Assembly: GCA_977017645.1 (NCBI GenBank)
Contig: OZ360219.1
Location: forward strand, 50,158,001 to 50,222,000
Source of the DNA: Torpedo marmorata
Taxonomy: Eukaryota
Length of the DNA: 64,000 nt
Direction of reading: 5' to 3'
In this document: in pieces, positions 51,901 to 63,990 of the stretch
Numbering within the stretch: the stretch's first letter is position 1
Layout: each line of letters begins with the position of its first letter
The notes under the pieces: model-generated
Seen by the model: the letters and a program-made list of their open reading frames with translations, nothing else
Database searches by the model: none
Told to the model about the DNA's origin: nothing
Made by a program: the position numbers and the translations under genes

Positions 51901-53487
51901 ACAAAGAGAATTGTCGATACTCAGTCCCTTATACAACAATATTCGCCACACAAGCCCCCCGGATGTCTGTTGTGTGAGCCCCAGACGCCATGGCCACCCT
52001 CTGGCTTACCGGTATGGTAGTGAGGCCACAGCGCTGGACAGTGTCCGGGTGGATGAAACTCTCCGTACTGCCCGTATCGAAGAGACAGGTGGTTTTGTGC
52101 CCCTCCACCAGGATGTCCATCATGGATCTCGATAGCTGGTGGGGAACACTCTGGTCAAGGGTGACTGAGGCAAGGGTTGAGATGTAGTCATCTTGATCCT
52201 CTGCTGTTGTCAAAGATGGCCGCTCCCGTAGATCGCACGTGTCGCTGCTGCTCGCGCTGCAAGATGGCGGCGGTAGTAAGGCCGTAAGTACAGATGCGGA
52301 CGGTGGCGCCGGAAGTGCCAGCATCAAAGATGGCCACCTCCACTCTTCGCACGAGGTCGACGCCGGAAGTGCCCACATCAAAGATGGCCGCCCTCGCAGC
52401 TCGCACGCGGCGCTGCTCGGACCTGGGCGCGACTTGGAGCGGCAGGCCTTCACATAATGGCCTTTCTTGCCGCAGCCGGAACAAGTCGCGTCACGGGCTG
52501 GGCAGCGTTTTCTCGGGTGCTTATCGAGCCCGCAGAAGTAACACTTCTCGGGCTCGCGGTTGACGGCAGCGGCGGTGAGGATCGCGGTAGCGATCGGATC
52601 ACTACGGACGGCGGCGGCAGTCAGCTCGTTGGCAGGGCTGGGGGATGGGGATGACCACGCTGCGGGCTGGGGGTCGCGTACCTGCATGGCATCGGAGTTC
52701 CGCAGCGCGGACTCCAGCATGTGGACCACCGCTACCGCCCCACGAAAGTCCAGGTCGGCGTGCTCCAACAGTCTCTGGCGCACATATACCGACCTGATCC
52801 CCATGATGAATGCATCTCTCTCCACCACTCCAACGTGTTCCTCAGCAGTTAGGGCTTTACAGTCGCACACTCGAGCCAGCGACTGTATGTCCCTGACGTA
52901 CTCCACGGTCGACTCCCCGGCTCGCTGCTTTCGCGAAAAGAGTCGGTACCTCGCGTAGACCGCGTTGACAGGCGACAAGTAAATCTTTTTCAACGCCTCC
53001 ATGGCCTCCGTGTAGGTTCTACAGTCTCTCACTGTTGTGAAAACCCGAGAGCTCACCCTGGAGATGAGGACTCTCAGTTGCTGCTCCTCACTTTCGGCTT
53101 GGACGGTGATCATAAAAGATTCTAGACATTGTAGCCAGTGTTCGAAGGAGTTACTGGCATCAGGAGCTAGGTGATCGATGTCCAGGCGGTCCGGTCTTAG
53201 TGCTCCTTCCATCAGATTTTACTAAGGTAATAAAATTGATAGGCCTATCAATAAACACTCGAAGGCTATGAGCGTGAGTGAACCATAGGCTTTTATTACC
53301 TTAGAACTAAGCAGTACTTTCCAGCAGATCTGACCCGGACTGGAGGAGTGGCCGTGATACAGTGGCCTTTATTCAGGTGAGGAAAGGGGAGGGATTACCT
53401 GGACATCCAAGGGAGGGGAGGGAGTAGACATCGGGACAGCCTGCAGTACATACCTACACCACAATACACAAACAGTGGTTTACCACA
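48949..53487 (-). mobile_element. Gypsy element E4, full length, young
   Basis: LTRs 48949-49200 and 53237-53487 (about 2 differences); TSD CAAAG. Confidence 0.98.
49310..53212 (-). pseudogene. E4 gag-pol, single frame with two nonsense codons
   Basis: Three ORFs in the same frame, stops at 51929-51931 (TAA) and 50993-50995 (TGA); all domains present. Confidence 0.95.
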
Positions 53488-54224
53488 CAAAGGACAAGTT
53501 AAATGTGAGCCAAAGGGATTTGATCACAAAGGGCAGGTGGGGTTAGGGAGACCAGGAGAGAAAAGGTATGGTGGGGATATGGCAGTGAACATCAAAGAAA
53601 TAAGGCTCAAGTTCATAGAGTTCTGCTTTGAGGACAGGGATGACGGCAATGCTTTAGGAAAGAAATGATTTTGTACCCAAGAACAGAGAACGATTGACCA
53701 CACCGTTTAACTCGAATTGGGGACCAAGAATGAGAATTGAATGGGAACATTGAAATATGTGTCAACATGCATTCAGTTGAAGTGCACTCACCTCTGACAT
53801 AGAAGGAGACAGATTTGTGTCTCACTGCAGAAACCTCAGTACAAAATGCATCCTCACACTTCAGCACTGTCCTGCTGCAAGTATTTTTTTCCACATAAGA
53901 CTTTAAAATGAGGGTGTTTTATGCAATCACTTTATGATAAGAATGCTTTATGTGTTTTCAAAGAAGAACAGAGCAGCTTCCCTGTTGACACAGTCAATAT
54001 TTATCCTGTAATCACACTCTATGGCAAAGTATCTGCTCGTGGGCAAATTGGTTGCAATTTCCTATCATACGAATGACTAAACTTAAACATATTATTTGCC
54101 TGCAGAGTGCGTTGGGAAATCCAAGATTGCAAAATGTTCCAGAAATACTATTTTTTTCACTTGGTTTTAAGAAAGATAAATTTGGAGAGAGCAGGAAAAT
54201 ACCTTTGGAGAAATTGCAGCGAGC

Positions 54225-54720
54225 TTGGAACACAAGGCTAGATTGCAATTTCTGCCACCTACAACATGATCCCACCACCAAACACATCTTCTCCTCCCCA
54301 GAGGAATCCCTCTCTCCATGACTCCCTTATTCACTCGTCCCTTCCCACCAATCGCCCCTCTGAAATACTTCACTTGCACCCACACCTCCCCCAAACAGTA
54401 CTTCAAAGTGAAGCATCACTTCACCATTTACTGCATCTGGTGCTCCCGCTGCGGCCTCCCTTATATCGTAGAGACTGGACGCACATTGAGAGATCACTTT
54501 GTTGAGCCTCTTCGCTCTGTCTGCTGCAACAGCAAGGACCTCCCAGTGGCCAACTGCTTTATTCCACATCCCATTCCCACACAGATTTGCCTGTCTATGG
54601 CCTCATATACTGCCAGTTAAACAAGTAAACTGGAAGAACAACACATTAAATTCAGTCTCAGCCGTCTCTAACCAGACAGCATCAATATCAACTTCTCCAA
54701 TTTTCAGTAACCTCCTCCTT
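54225..54720 (+). mobile_element. Penelope-like GIY-YIG endonuclease remnant
   Basis: IYCIWCSRCGLPYIVETGRTLRDHF motif. Confidence 0.8.
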
Positions 54721-55154
54721 CTGTTCTCCTGTTTTTTTCTTCCCTCTCACTTTCCCTCATCCCTCGGATCCTTTTCCTTTTTTCCCTGCTTTGTCACACA
54801 CAAACACACACACACACACACCTTCCTTCCTCCAGCTCTCCACACCCTTCCCTTCTTTTCTCATGTTCACAAGATCAGAAAATATGTAGCAGAAGTAGGC
54901 CAATGGGCCCATAGAGTCTGCTCTGACATTTTATCATGAGCTGATCCATCCTCCCACTCAGCCCCACTCCCAGCCTTCTCGCTGTAACCCTTGATGCCCT
55001 GACTAATCAAATACCTGTCAATCTCTGCCTTAAAGACACCCAATGACCTCTCTTCCACAGCCGCCTGTGGCTACATGTTCCACAGACTCACGACCCTCTG
55101 ACTAAAGAAATGTTTCCACATCTCTGTTTTAAATTAACGCTCTTTTATCCTGAT

Positions 55155-58100
55155 TGATATACCTATCAATGACAGACGCGAGTCTAGAAGTGCAGGAATT
55201 AATAGGCTTTTATTACCAGAATCAAAGCCAGGGCTAATACACCTTGACCTGATGATCCCTGCTGGATTGTCCCGGAAACTGGGGGAGGAGTAGCTGGCTC
55301 AAGGCCTTTATTCCATGTAAAGGGGGAGGGGTCACCGGGACAGACAGACAGGTCATGGTCATACTTGCCTCAGGCCACAATACATGCAAAGTGGTTTACC
55401 ACATTCACCCCTTCTTTTAGAACAAGTCTGACGGTGGGGGGGTGAAGTGGATACGTAGAGAAAAAAATACAAATATACATAGATAATATACAGTCTTTAC
55501 AGATCGAGTTTCACCGGCGGCCGGATTTGCCGCCGTGACCTGCGTAGCGCCAGCGGTGATGGTAGTGGTTGTGGAATGAGGGTACGAGTGAGAGTACGTG
55601 ATACCTGCGGAGACGGTTGTGGTTGTGGAACGGGAGTAGGTACAGTAGGGTGGATCTGGGTCTGGTTCGCCTCCTGCCTGGCTAGTGGCCTGTCCAGCTG
55701 TGACGGGGACAACGCCGTGCTGGGAGGCGGATGGGCCGGAGGGGGCAGCTGCGACCCGGCGTTCCCGCTGTCGGGGACCTCTTCTGACGCTCCTGCAGGC
55801 GCCAGGTCCCGTATTGACACCGTGTCTTCCCGCCCGTCGGGGAAAACCACGAATGCGTACTGCGGGTTCGCATGGATCAGCTGCACCCTCTCAACTAAGG
55901 GCTCGTACTTGCTACTCCGAAGATGTTTGCGGAGTAGCACCGGCCCCGGGGACGTCAGCCAGGCAGGAAGTGTAGTCCCGGTGGTCGATTTTCTGGGGAA
56001 GGAAAAGATACGTTCGTGAGGGGTAGTGTTAGTGGCGGTACATAAGAGGGATCGTATAGAGTGGAGGGCGTCCGGGAGAACCTCCTGCCAGCGAGCCACT
56101 GGCCACCCTTTTGCTTTCAGGGCCAGTAGTGTCGCTGTCCATACTGTGGCGTTCTCCCTCTCCACCTGTCCGTTCCCCCGTGGGTTGTATCCCGTGGTCC
56201 TGCTGGTAGCGATGCCTCGGGTCTGCAAGTGCTGTCGCAGCTCCCCGCTCATGAACGCGGACCCCCGGTCGCTATGGACATAGCTGGGGAACCCGAACAC
56301 GGTGAAAACCTGGTGGAGAGCCTTGATAGCCGACGCCGCCGAGGTATCTGGGCAGGGGATGGCAAAGGGGAACCGCGAGTACTCATCGATGATGTTGAGG
56401 AAGTACACATTGCGGTTCGTGGAGGGAAGGGGGCCCTTGAAGTCTATACTGAGACGTTCGAACGGGCGGGTGGCCTTGACCAGCTGTGCTCTGTCGGGGC
56501 GGTAGTACTGCGGTTTGCATTCCGCACAGACTCGGCAGCTGCTGGTCATGGTCTTGACCTCATCCAGGGAGAAAGGCAGGTTCCGTGCTTTAATGAAGTG
56601 GAACAGCCTGGTAACTCCTGGGTGGCAGAGGTCATTATGTAGGGAGTATAACCGGTCGATCTGCGTGCTGGCGCACGATCCCCGGGATAGAGCGTCAGGG
56701 GGCTCGTTGAGCTTCCCGGGCCGGTAAAGGATGTCGTAATTGTAGGTGGAGAGTTCTATTCTCCACCTCATGATTTTGTCATTCTTAATTTTACCCCGCT
56801 GCTGGCTGTTAAACATGAAAGCGACGGAGCGCTGGTCCGTCAGCAGGGTAAAATGTTTTCCGGCGAGATAGTGCCTCCAGTGCCGGACAGCCTCGACAAT
56901 GGCCTGGGCCTCTTTCTCTACCGCGGAGTGCCGAATTTCGGGGCCTTGAAGGGTGCGGGAGAAAAACGCTACCGGTCTTCCCGCCTGGTTGAGGGTAGCA
57001 GCCAGTGCGAAGTCCGAGGCGTCACTCTCTACCTGAAAAGGTTCCGACTCATCCACCGCGTGCATCGCTGCTCGGGCGATGTCCCCTTTTATGAGGTCGA
57101 AAGCCTCACGTGCCTCCGCTGCTAGGGGAAACTTGGTGGATTTGACGAGGGGTCGGGCTTTGTCCGAGTAGTTTGGGACCCACTGTGCATAATACGAAAA
57201 AAACCCGAGGCATCGTTTAAGTGCTTTGGGGGTAACGGGGATCGGAAGTTCCAACAGGGGGCGCATGCGGTCGGGGTCGGGTCCAATCACCCCGTTTTCC
57301 ACGACGCACCCCAGGATAGCGAGTCGGGTAGTCCCGAACACGCATTTCTCCTTGTTATAGGTGAGGTTCAGCGTCTCGGCCGCCTGTAAGAACTTCCGAA
57401 GGTTCCTATCGTGATCCTGGCGATCATGACCACAAATGGTGATGTCGTCCAGGTACGGAAAGGTGGCAGTGAGCTTGAACTGGTCAATGATCCTGTCCAT
57501 CTCCCTTTGGAACACGGATACCCCATTTGTTACCCCGAAGGGGACGCGCAGAAAATGAAATAATCTGCCGTCCGCCTCGAAAGCGGTGTATACTCGGTCC
57601 TCCCAGCGGATTGGGAGCTGATGGTAAGCCGACTTAAGGTCGATGGTTAAGAACACTTTATATTGAGCAATCTGGTTGACCATATCCGCGATCTTTGACA
57701 GCGGATAGGCGTCCAGTTGCGTGAACCGGTTGATGGTCTGGCTATAGTCCACCACCATCCGGCTCTTAGCCCCGTTCTTTACCACGACTACCTGTGCTCT
57801 CCAGGGGCTATTACTGGGTGCAATGATCCCTTCCCCCAGTAAACGCTGCACCTCCGCCTTAATAAATGCCCTGTCCCCTGTACTGTATCGCCTACTTTTA
57901 GTTGCGATGGGCTTACAGTCAGGGGTCAGGTTGGCGAAGAGTAGCGGGGGTTGGGTCTTTAGCGTGGAGAGACCACAGGTAGTCTGGGGCGTGTTAGTTA
58001 AATATTGGGGGTTAGTCACAACGATTGGTGGATGGGGCCCATCATAGTGCATGGTGACGCTACGCAGGTGGCTTTGGAAGTCCAATCCCAGCAATACAGG

Positions 58101-59883
58101 AGCACACAAACGGGGCATGACCAACAATGAAAACTCCCGATATTCCGTGCCCTGTACCACTATATTCGCCACACAACCCCCCCGGATGTCTGTTGTGTGC
58201 GTTCCAGACGCCATGGCCACCCTCTGGCTTACCGGTACAATGGTGAGGCCACAGCGCTGGGCAGTGTCTGGGTGTATAAAACTTTCGGTACTGCCTGTGT
58301 CGAACAGGCAGGTGGTCTTATGCCCCTCAACGAGAATGTCCATCATTGATCTGGACAGTTGATGGGGCGCGCTCTGGTCCAGCGTCACGGATGCCAGGGT
58401 CGAGACGAAGTCTTGGTCTTGATCCGGTGGCAGCTCCCGTAGCTCGTACGTGTCGCTACGAGAGGGTGGAGCCGGAAGTGCTGGAAGTGCTGCGGTGAGG
58501 TTATAAAATGGCCGCGCCGGAAATGTGGAGGTCGGAAGTGTGGACCAAGATGGCCGCCTCCAGTCCTCACACGAGGTCTCCGCCGGAAGTGATGTCAGGT
58601 AAGATGGCCGCCCCCTCCCGTCGCACGTGGCGCTGCTGGAAACCGGAAGTGCTGCGCGCTGTGATGGCCGCCTCCAGACCTCGCACGAGGTCTCCGCCGG
58701 AAGTGAAGTCGAGTAAGATGGCCGCTCCCGTACCTCGCACGCGGCGCTGCTCGGACTCGTGCGCGACTTGGAGCGGCAGGCCTTAGCATAGTGGCCTTTC
58801 TTGCCACAGCTAGAACAAGTCGCGTCTCGGGCCGGGCAGCGCTTGCGCGGGTGCTTGTCGAGCCCGCAGAAGTAACACTTCTCGGGCTCCCGGGTGATAG
58901 CGACGGCGGTTAACTCACAGGTAGCGGCGGGTTCTCGGGCAGCGGCGGCAGCAGCCAACTCACGGATAGCGGCGGCGGCGGCGAGCGGGTCCCGGTAGAT
59001 GGCAGCGGCCGTTGCGTTGCTTGCAGGGCTGACGGTTGGGGCGATCCAGGAAGCAGGCTGCGCCTGCATAGCGTCAGCGTTCTTTAGGGCCGAGTCCAGA
59101 TTAAGGATGTTCTGGACGGTCGATTTCAGGGTCAGGTCGGCGTGTTCCAGCAATCGCTGGCGGATGTAGCCCGACCTGATCCCCTTTATGATTGTGTCCC
59201 TTGCCAGTATTTCGGAGTGTTGCTCGGCCGTCAGGGCTCGACAGTCACACGCCCGCACCAGGAGCATCACGTCCTGGATGTATTCGGAGACCGACTCTCC
59301 GGGTCGCTGGTAACGCTGCGATATCCGGTGCCTTGCGAAAATCTCGTTCGCTGGCGTCATGTACAGCTTTCGGAGGGCTTCCAAGGCATTATCAAAAGTC
59401 ACACAGTCCCTGACGGCGCCATACACTCGCTTGCTTACCCTGGACATGAGGATATCGAGTTTCTGTTCGTCGGTGACTGCTCCGGACGCCCTCATGTAGG
59501 CTATGAAGCAGCGTTGCCAAAGATCGAAATCGCTTGCAGCGTCTTGGGCCAGGGGGTCGATGTCTAGCTTATCCGGCTTTAACAAATTCTCCATCGATTG
59601 CTCAATTCGGATATTCTTGATTCTGGTAATAAAATTGATATACCTATCAATGACAGACGCGAGTCTAGAAGTGCAGGAATTAATAGGCTTTTATTACCAG
59701 AATCAAAGCCAGGGCTAATTCACCTTGACCTGATGATCCCTGCTGGATTGTCCCGGAACTGGGGGAGGAGTAGCTGGCTCAATGCCTTTATTCCATGTAA
59801 AGGGGGAGGGGTCACCGGGACAGACAGACAGGTCATGGTCATACTTGCCTCAGGCCACAATACATGCAAAGTGGTTTACCACA
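55155..59883 (-). mobile_element. Gypsy element E5, full length, coding-intact
   Basis: LTRs 55155-55403 and 59636-59883 (about 3 differences); TSD CTGAT. Confidence 0.98.
55497..59594 (-). CDS. Gag-Pol polyprotein, 1365 aa (Gag-2xCCHC-PR-RT-RNase H-IN)
   Basis: Uninterrupted ORF: CYFCGLDKHPRKRC, CSSCGKKGHYAKAC, LFDTGS, YLDD, ESDASDF, HNDLCH..CRVC, SDRG, NGQVERE; no chromodomain seen. Confidence 0.97.
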   Translation of the reverse strand: MENLLKPDKLDIDPLAQDAASDFDLWQRCFIAYMRASGAVTDEQKLDILMSRVSKRVYGAVRDCVTFDNALEALRKLYMTPANEIFARHRISQRYQRPGESVSEYIQDVMLLVRACDCRALTAEQHSEILARDTIIKGIRSGYIRQRLLEHADLTLKSTVQNILNLDSALKNADAMQAQPASWIAPTVSPASNATAAAIYRDPLAAAAAIRELAAAAAAREPAATCELTAVAITREPEKCYFCGLDKHPRKRCPARDATCSSCGKKGHYAKACRSKSRTSPSSAACEVRERPSYSTSLPAETSCEVWRRPSQRAALPVSSSATCDGRGRPSYLTSLPAETSCEDWRRPSWSTLPTSTFPARPFYNLTAALPALPAPPSRSDTYELRELPPDQDQDFVSTLASVTLDQSAPHQLSRSMMDILVEGHKTTCLFDTGSTESFIHPDTAQRCGLTIVPVSQRVAMASGTHTTDIRGGCVANIVVQGTEYREFSLLVMPRLCAPVLLGLDFQSHLRSVTMHYDGPHPPIVVTNPQYLTNTPQTTCGLSTLKTQPPLLFANLTPDCKPIATKSRRYSTGDRAFIKAEVQRLLGEGIIAPSNSPWRAQVVVVKNGAKSRMVVDYSQTINRFTQLDAYPLSKIADMVNQIAQYKVFLTIDLKSAYHQLPIRWEDRVYTAFEADGRLFHFLRVPFGVTNGVSVFQREMDRIIDQFKLTATFPYLDDITICGHDRQDHDRNLRKFLQAAETLNLTYNKEKCVFGTTRLAILGCVVENGVIGPDPDRMRPLLELPIPVTPKALKRCLGFFSYYAQWVPNYSDKARPLVKSTKFPLAAEAREAFDLIKGDIARAAMHAVDESEPFQVESDASDFALAATLNQAGRPVAFFSRTLQGPEIRHSAVEKEAQAIVEAVRHWRHYLAGKHFTLLTDQRSVAFMFNSQQRGKIKNDKIMRWRIELSTYNYDILYRPGKLNEPPDALSRGSCASTQIDRLYSLHNDLCHPGVTRLFHFIKARNLPFSLDEVKTMTSSCRVCAECKPQYYRPDRAQLVKATRPFERLSIDFKGPLPSTNRNVYFLNIIDEYSRFPFAIPCPDTSAASAIKALHQVFTVFGFPSYVHSDRGSAFMSGELRQHLQTRGIATSRTTGYNPRGNGQVERENATVWTATLLALKAKGWPVARWQEVLPDALHSIRSLLCTATNTTPHERIFSFPRKSTTGTTLPAWLTSPGPVLLRKHLRSSKYEPLVERVQLIHANPQYAFVVFPDGREDTVSIRDLAPAGASEEVPDSGNAGSQLPPPAHPPPSTALSPSQLDRPLARQEANQTQIHPTVPTPVPQPQPSPQVSRTLTRTLIPQPLPSPLALRRSRRQIRPPVKLDL

Positions 59884-60049
59884 CTGATGTTGTGCCCTCT
59901 TGTCCTAGACTCCCCTACCATGGGAAACAACCTTGCCACATCTACTCTGTCCAGGCCTTTCAGCATTCGAAATGTTTCTATGAGGTTCCCCCTCAGTTTC
60001 TGTACTCCAACGAGTACAGTCCAAGAGCCGACAAACATTCGTCATATGC

Positions 60050-60595
60050 TGTTGTGTTTGGAAAGTATCAGGTTTGGTGGGTTCACAGAAAGACGAGTCT
60101 GGACACAAGTGTTACAAGCAAAGGTAATTTTATTGAGCACACGGGAGACAAACAGGGGAAGACGTCAAACGATACTTAATTACTCTACTACTAAACAACT
60201 ATATGGACATTCACATCGGACCCAGGTTGGACTCCAATACCAGTGACCGCCTATCTTCTACACGCCAACGCACGTGTACACACTTCACAGACAGGGACTT
60301 TCAAACACACTCCTGATATCCTGTACCAACGGGGGTGCGGCTCTCTGGAAGCACTGATCTATCGCAGTACTACGGTTCAGCTTAAGTGTAGTTCACACCT
60401 TACCCGCGACTCCTCTAGCGATGTCCACAGTAGCGACCTGGCGTAGAGCAATGTCCGGGGCTTGGAGCACGAGGCAGAGAGAGAGAAATGTGGTGTGCAT
60501 CGATGTGTTATACTGTTCTGAGCTAGGCGTCTGCCCAATGATGACACTGAATCATTTAAATGAGCCAACAGTAAGGTGTGCACTAATGGGTGACC
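60050..60595 (-). repeat. LTR of the 28800 family, 5'-truncated, with about 200 bp extra
   Basis: Reverse complement aligns with 28930-29261 (CCCATTAGTGCACACCTT, GGAGTCCAACCT, GTGTCCAGACTCGTCT). Confidence 0.8.
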
Positions 60596-61142
60596 AAACA
60601 TGGTTGTTGTGTTCCTGATGGAGCAGGGTGCTATGGGAACTGCTCCCCAGTGTGAGAGGTGAGGGAAGAAAAAGAAAATTGTCTGTTCACTGACTTGCAT
60701 GCCTGGTTTCTCCGGCTTAGCTGGCATATGTGTGCACCTTTACCACCAACGTCTGCGAGCAGGCAGTGCAAGGTCATCCATAAGGTGCCAAAGCCCTCTC
60801 TTGGCTCGCGCATCCTGCACCTTGGATTCACATTTGGGTGCTCCCTGGGCACAGAGCCCATATGCCCGTTGCCATGCTATCCCGTGGTGAGGCGGGGACA
60901 GGCTGGCAGGTGTGCATCTAGGGTGTACCCATATTCTCGTGAGAGCGCTCCATTTTTCTGGACTGCGTCTGACACCAGGATGCTGTTCCTGCTCGCGTTC
61001 CCTTTAAAGGAGCGCCACAAGTGCCTGTGTTGGTACCCTGTAATGATAGCAAGGAGGAGGCAGCACTGAAAGTTGGCCAAATTAGTAGCTTTTAAATGAA
61101 AGCTCCTGAAGCACCCACCCCATGAGGAATTAGTTTCTGTTA

Positions 61143-62703
61143 GTTCATTTGGAGAGGTAAGGTAGCCAGAGTCACCAATGAAAAATTAATATGGAGATAT
61201 GAACTGGGAGGTTTACAACTCCCAGATTTCAAAAAATATTATTGGGCAGCCCAAATGAAATTTGTCACGTCCTTCTTTAAAGGGGGAGACAAGCCTTCCT
61301 GGGTAAAGATGGAACTGCATAAGGTGGGAGAGAGGATAGCAGAAGACTTTATATACAAATGGGATAAAAAATTAATATCCGGTGTGAAAGAAACCCCCCT
61401 GTTGAAACACATAATTGATACCTGGTATAAAATAAATTATCAAATTGGGAATAAGGGGAGGTTATCTCCAAAAACGCCCCTGGCTCAAAGTAGGCTTATA
61501 CCTTTTACAATGGATAATAAGATCCTGGACACCTGGTCCCGAAAAGGGATCAGATGTGTCGAGGATTGCTATGAGCAGGGACAATTTATGTCATTTGAAC
61601 AATTAATAAATAAGTATGGTATTATGAATAATACACTCTTCTGCTATTTCCAGCTGAGATCTTATTTAAGGGATAAATTGGGCCCATCAGTGAAGTGCAG
61701 ACTTTGATTCGATAGGGGATCACAAAGAAGTTTATTTCAGCAGCCTATCTTTTACTACAAAAAGGAACCCCTAAACAGGGGCTACATAGATCTAGACAGA
61801 GATGGGAATCAGACTTGGATATAATAATTAATGAACAAAACTGGTCCGACTTATGACGGTACAGTATGAAAAACACAATAAATGTGAGATACAGACTGGT
61901 ACAATATAATTTTTTGCACCAGTTGTATCTCACGCCGCAAAAATTGAATAAATTTAAATCAGAAATATCAGATAAATGTTTTAGATGCGGCAAAGAAATA
62001 GGAACGTTTTTATATTTAACCTGGTCATGCCCCAAAGTAAAACCCTTCTGGATGGACTTAGGGAAACTCTTAGAACAAATTACAGAAATTCAGTTCCCAC
62101 AACGCCCAGAATTATTTCTATTGGGCAATATCTCCGGCGTAAGACCTAAGATGAGGCTGTCAAAATTTAAAATAAAATTTGTAGAGATCGCATTGGCAGT
62201 GGCCAGGAAATGTATAGCGGTCACATGGAAGTCTGATTCCCATCTAGGTATGACAAGATGGAATGAGGAAATGTACAGTTGTGTTCCCCTTGAGAAGATA
62301 ACCTATAATCTTAGAAATAGATATGATATATTTTTAAAGATTTGGACTCTATATTTACAACACATGGCTGTAAATCTATAACCAGGCCCCCCCCTCGCCT
62401 CCAGGACCTATGTCCATTTCCTCTTCAAGAATCCGAGTATGCCAAGTAATTTAAGCCTGCGGGGTGAACGACGAACCTCCAACGTCTTCTTTCCTTTTCT
62501 ATTTCAACCTTTTCTTATTCTATTTCTCTCTTTTTTTTCCTTTTAGGGGGGAATTGGGTGGGTGGGCTTTTCTTTGTTTATAATTTTGTTGTTGTTTTTC
62601 AATATAATAGTCAACAGATGAATATTATATTTGATGATGTATTATTTTTGTTATTGATAATATGTTTGGCTTTAAAAATACAAATAAAATATTCCCAAAA
62701 AAA
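61143..62703 (+). mobile_element. 5'-truncated L1 LINE (ORF2 C-terminus, 3'UTR, poly(A))
   Basis: FIWRGK, GGLQLPDFKKYYWA, CFRCGKEIGTFLYLTWSC knuckle; AATAAA plus poly(A); 18-bp TSD AGGAATT[A/T]GTTTCTGTTA. Confidence 0.93.
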
Positions 62704-63349
62704 AGGAATTTGTTTCTGTTAATGGGAGGACTGGGGGACACTGTCATTGCCGAGTGGTTACAAAATATATACAATATTTCCTGCTTGTGGATGATCTATA
62801 ACATTGCAATTAAAATCTGAAACTTCAATTTCCTGAGAGTGTGCTGAGAGACATTAGTGAAGAGTATATACCACAGCTCAGGGTTCAATTAAAAAGGTCC
62901 ATTACAAAGGCTGTAATTGAAAGGTGCATGACAAAGGTTGTGAACGTTGTTAAGCTGGAATTTCCTATGATAATGTGTCCATGGCAACAGCTCTTGCTTG
63001 TCTGCTAAAAGTTTTCTGCATATATCATGACAACAGCTCCCAGCTCCTGCTACTTAAATGAGCTGGTGCTGATGGCTGGAATCAGTGATGGGATCGCAGT
63101 AGTCTGTTTTGACGAGTGTTTTGTAGACCTTCACCGAGAAGAGAAACAGCTTGAAGGGTAGTCTTCTCCTATGGGGGGTGGGGGGGGGTTTGGGAGAGCT
63201 CAAAAGATAAATTAGTCAGGGGCCACCTCCAGTGGGGGAGGATGAGAGGGGAAGCTGGTCCAGGTCAGAGTGAGTGGCGCACAGGAAGCTCCACCCTCAC
63301 GGGGCTTCCCCCTGCAATGCTCTGTGAGTCACCGGCATGGTGACGTCAC

Positions 63350-63990
63350 TGAACTTCGCCTCAGCCCTGCAAACTTGAGTGGATGCTCCCTGCTCCATGT
63401 ACTCCAATCCCTCCAGGAGGGTAATGGCTTCCCGGACTGTTTTCCCGGTTGCCAATCCCATGAGGGGCAAGACCACCCCTCTAACGTCGGGGCGTGCGGT
63501 GGTAACTAAATAGCCCGCCAAGGCTCCAATCACCTTTGTGCTCCTGGGAAGTTGTGCTCGCGGGTCATCCCGTAGACACCCATGATCAGTGCTCACTCCC
63601 TAACAACTTGTGTCCCCTCGCCAACGATGTGCCACTGCGGCCGGCCGTGTCGGCCCCATTCTCGGAGGGCAGGGAACCTGGCCCAGACCACAGTCACCAC
63701 CCATTCCCATAGGATGGTGCCGTCATCGACCTCTTCTGGCGGCGCCCACAAGGCACTGCCAATCATCTGTTGTTCAGGCAGACCGCCCAGGGCGCTCGCT
63801 TCCCGATGAGAGAGGCGGACTTTGGGGGCCCCCTCGTCCCACAGCCGTAGCAGCGGCATGGCTAGGTGTTCGCCCGGCCGCTGGTGGTATTGGTCCCCTA
63901 GCCCGGTTAGCTCCTTGGCGGAGTAGTCCCGGGTCTCCATTATCTCACAGTGTGCCCAGCCGAGGTCCTCCCATATTCGGCTACCTTTCC
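63350..63990 (-). pseudogene. ERV-L-like (class III) gag fragment
   Basis: YSAKEL..YHQRPGEH..LLRLWDEG...LWEWV...RFP...WHIVGEGTQVVRE resembles ERV-L gag YTPKEL..YRQKSGEH..WILRVWDNG...W.NVEEGIQRLRE as recalled. Confidence 0.7.

Larger units (their letters stand above)
54868..60049 (-). mobile_element. CR1 3' fragment split by E5 (54868-55154 and 59884-60049)
   Basis: LRGNLIETFRMLKGLDRVDV...RTRGHN continues across the E5 TSD into LGVFKAEIDR and the tail. Confidence 0.85.

Noticed and set aside
55576-59567. Many antisense or overlapping ORFs within the Gypsy elements
   Set aside because: Expected shadows of GC-rich coding sequence; no recognisable domains.
60600-61120. GC-rich segment as ERV env or accessory gene
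   Set aside because: No identifiable motif and no demonstrable link to the gag fragment.
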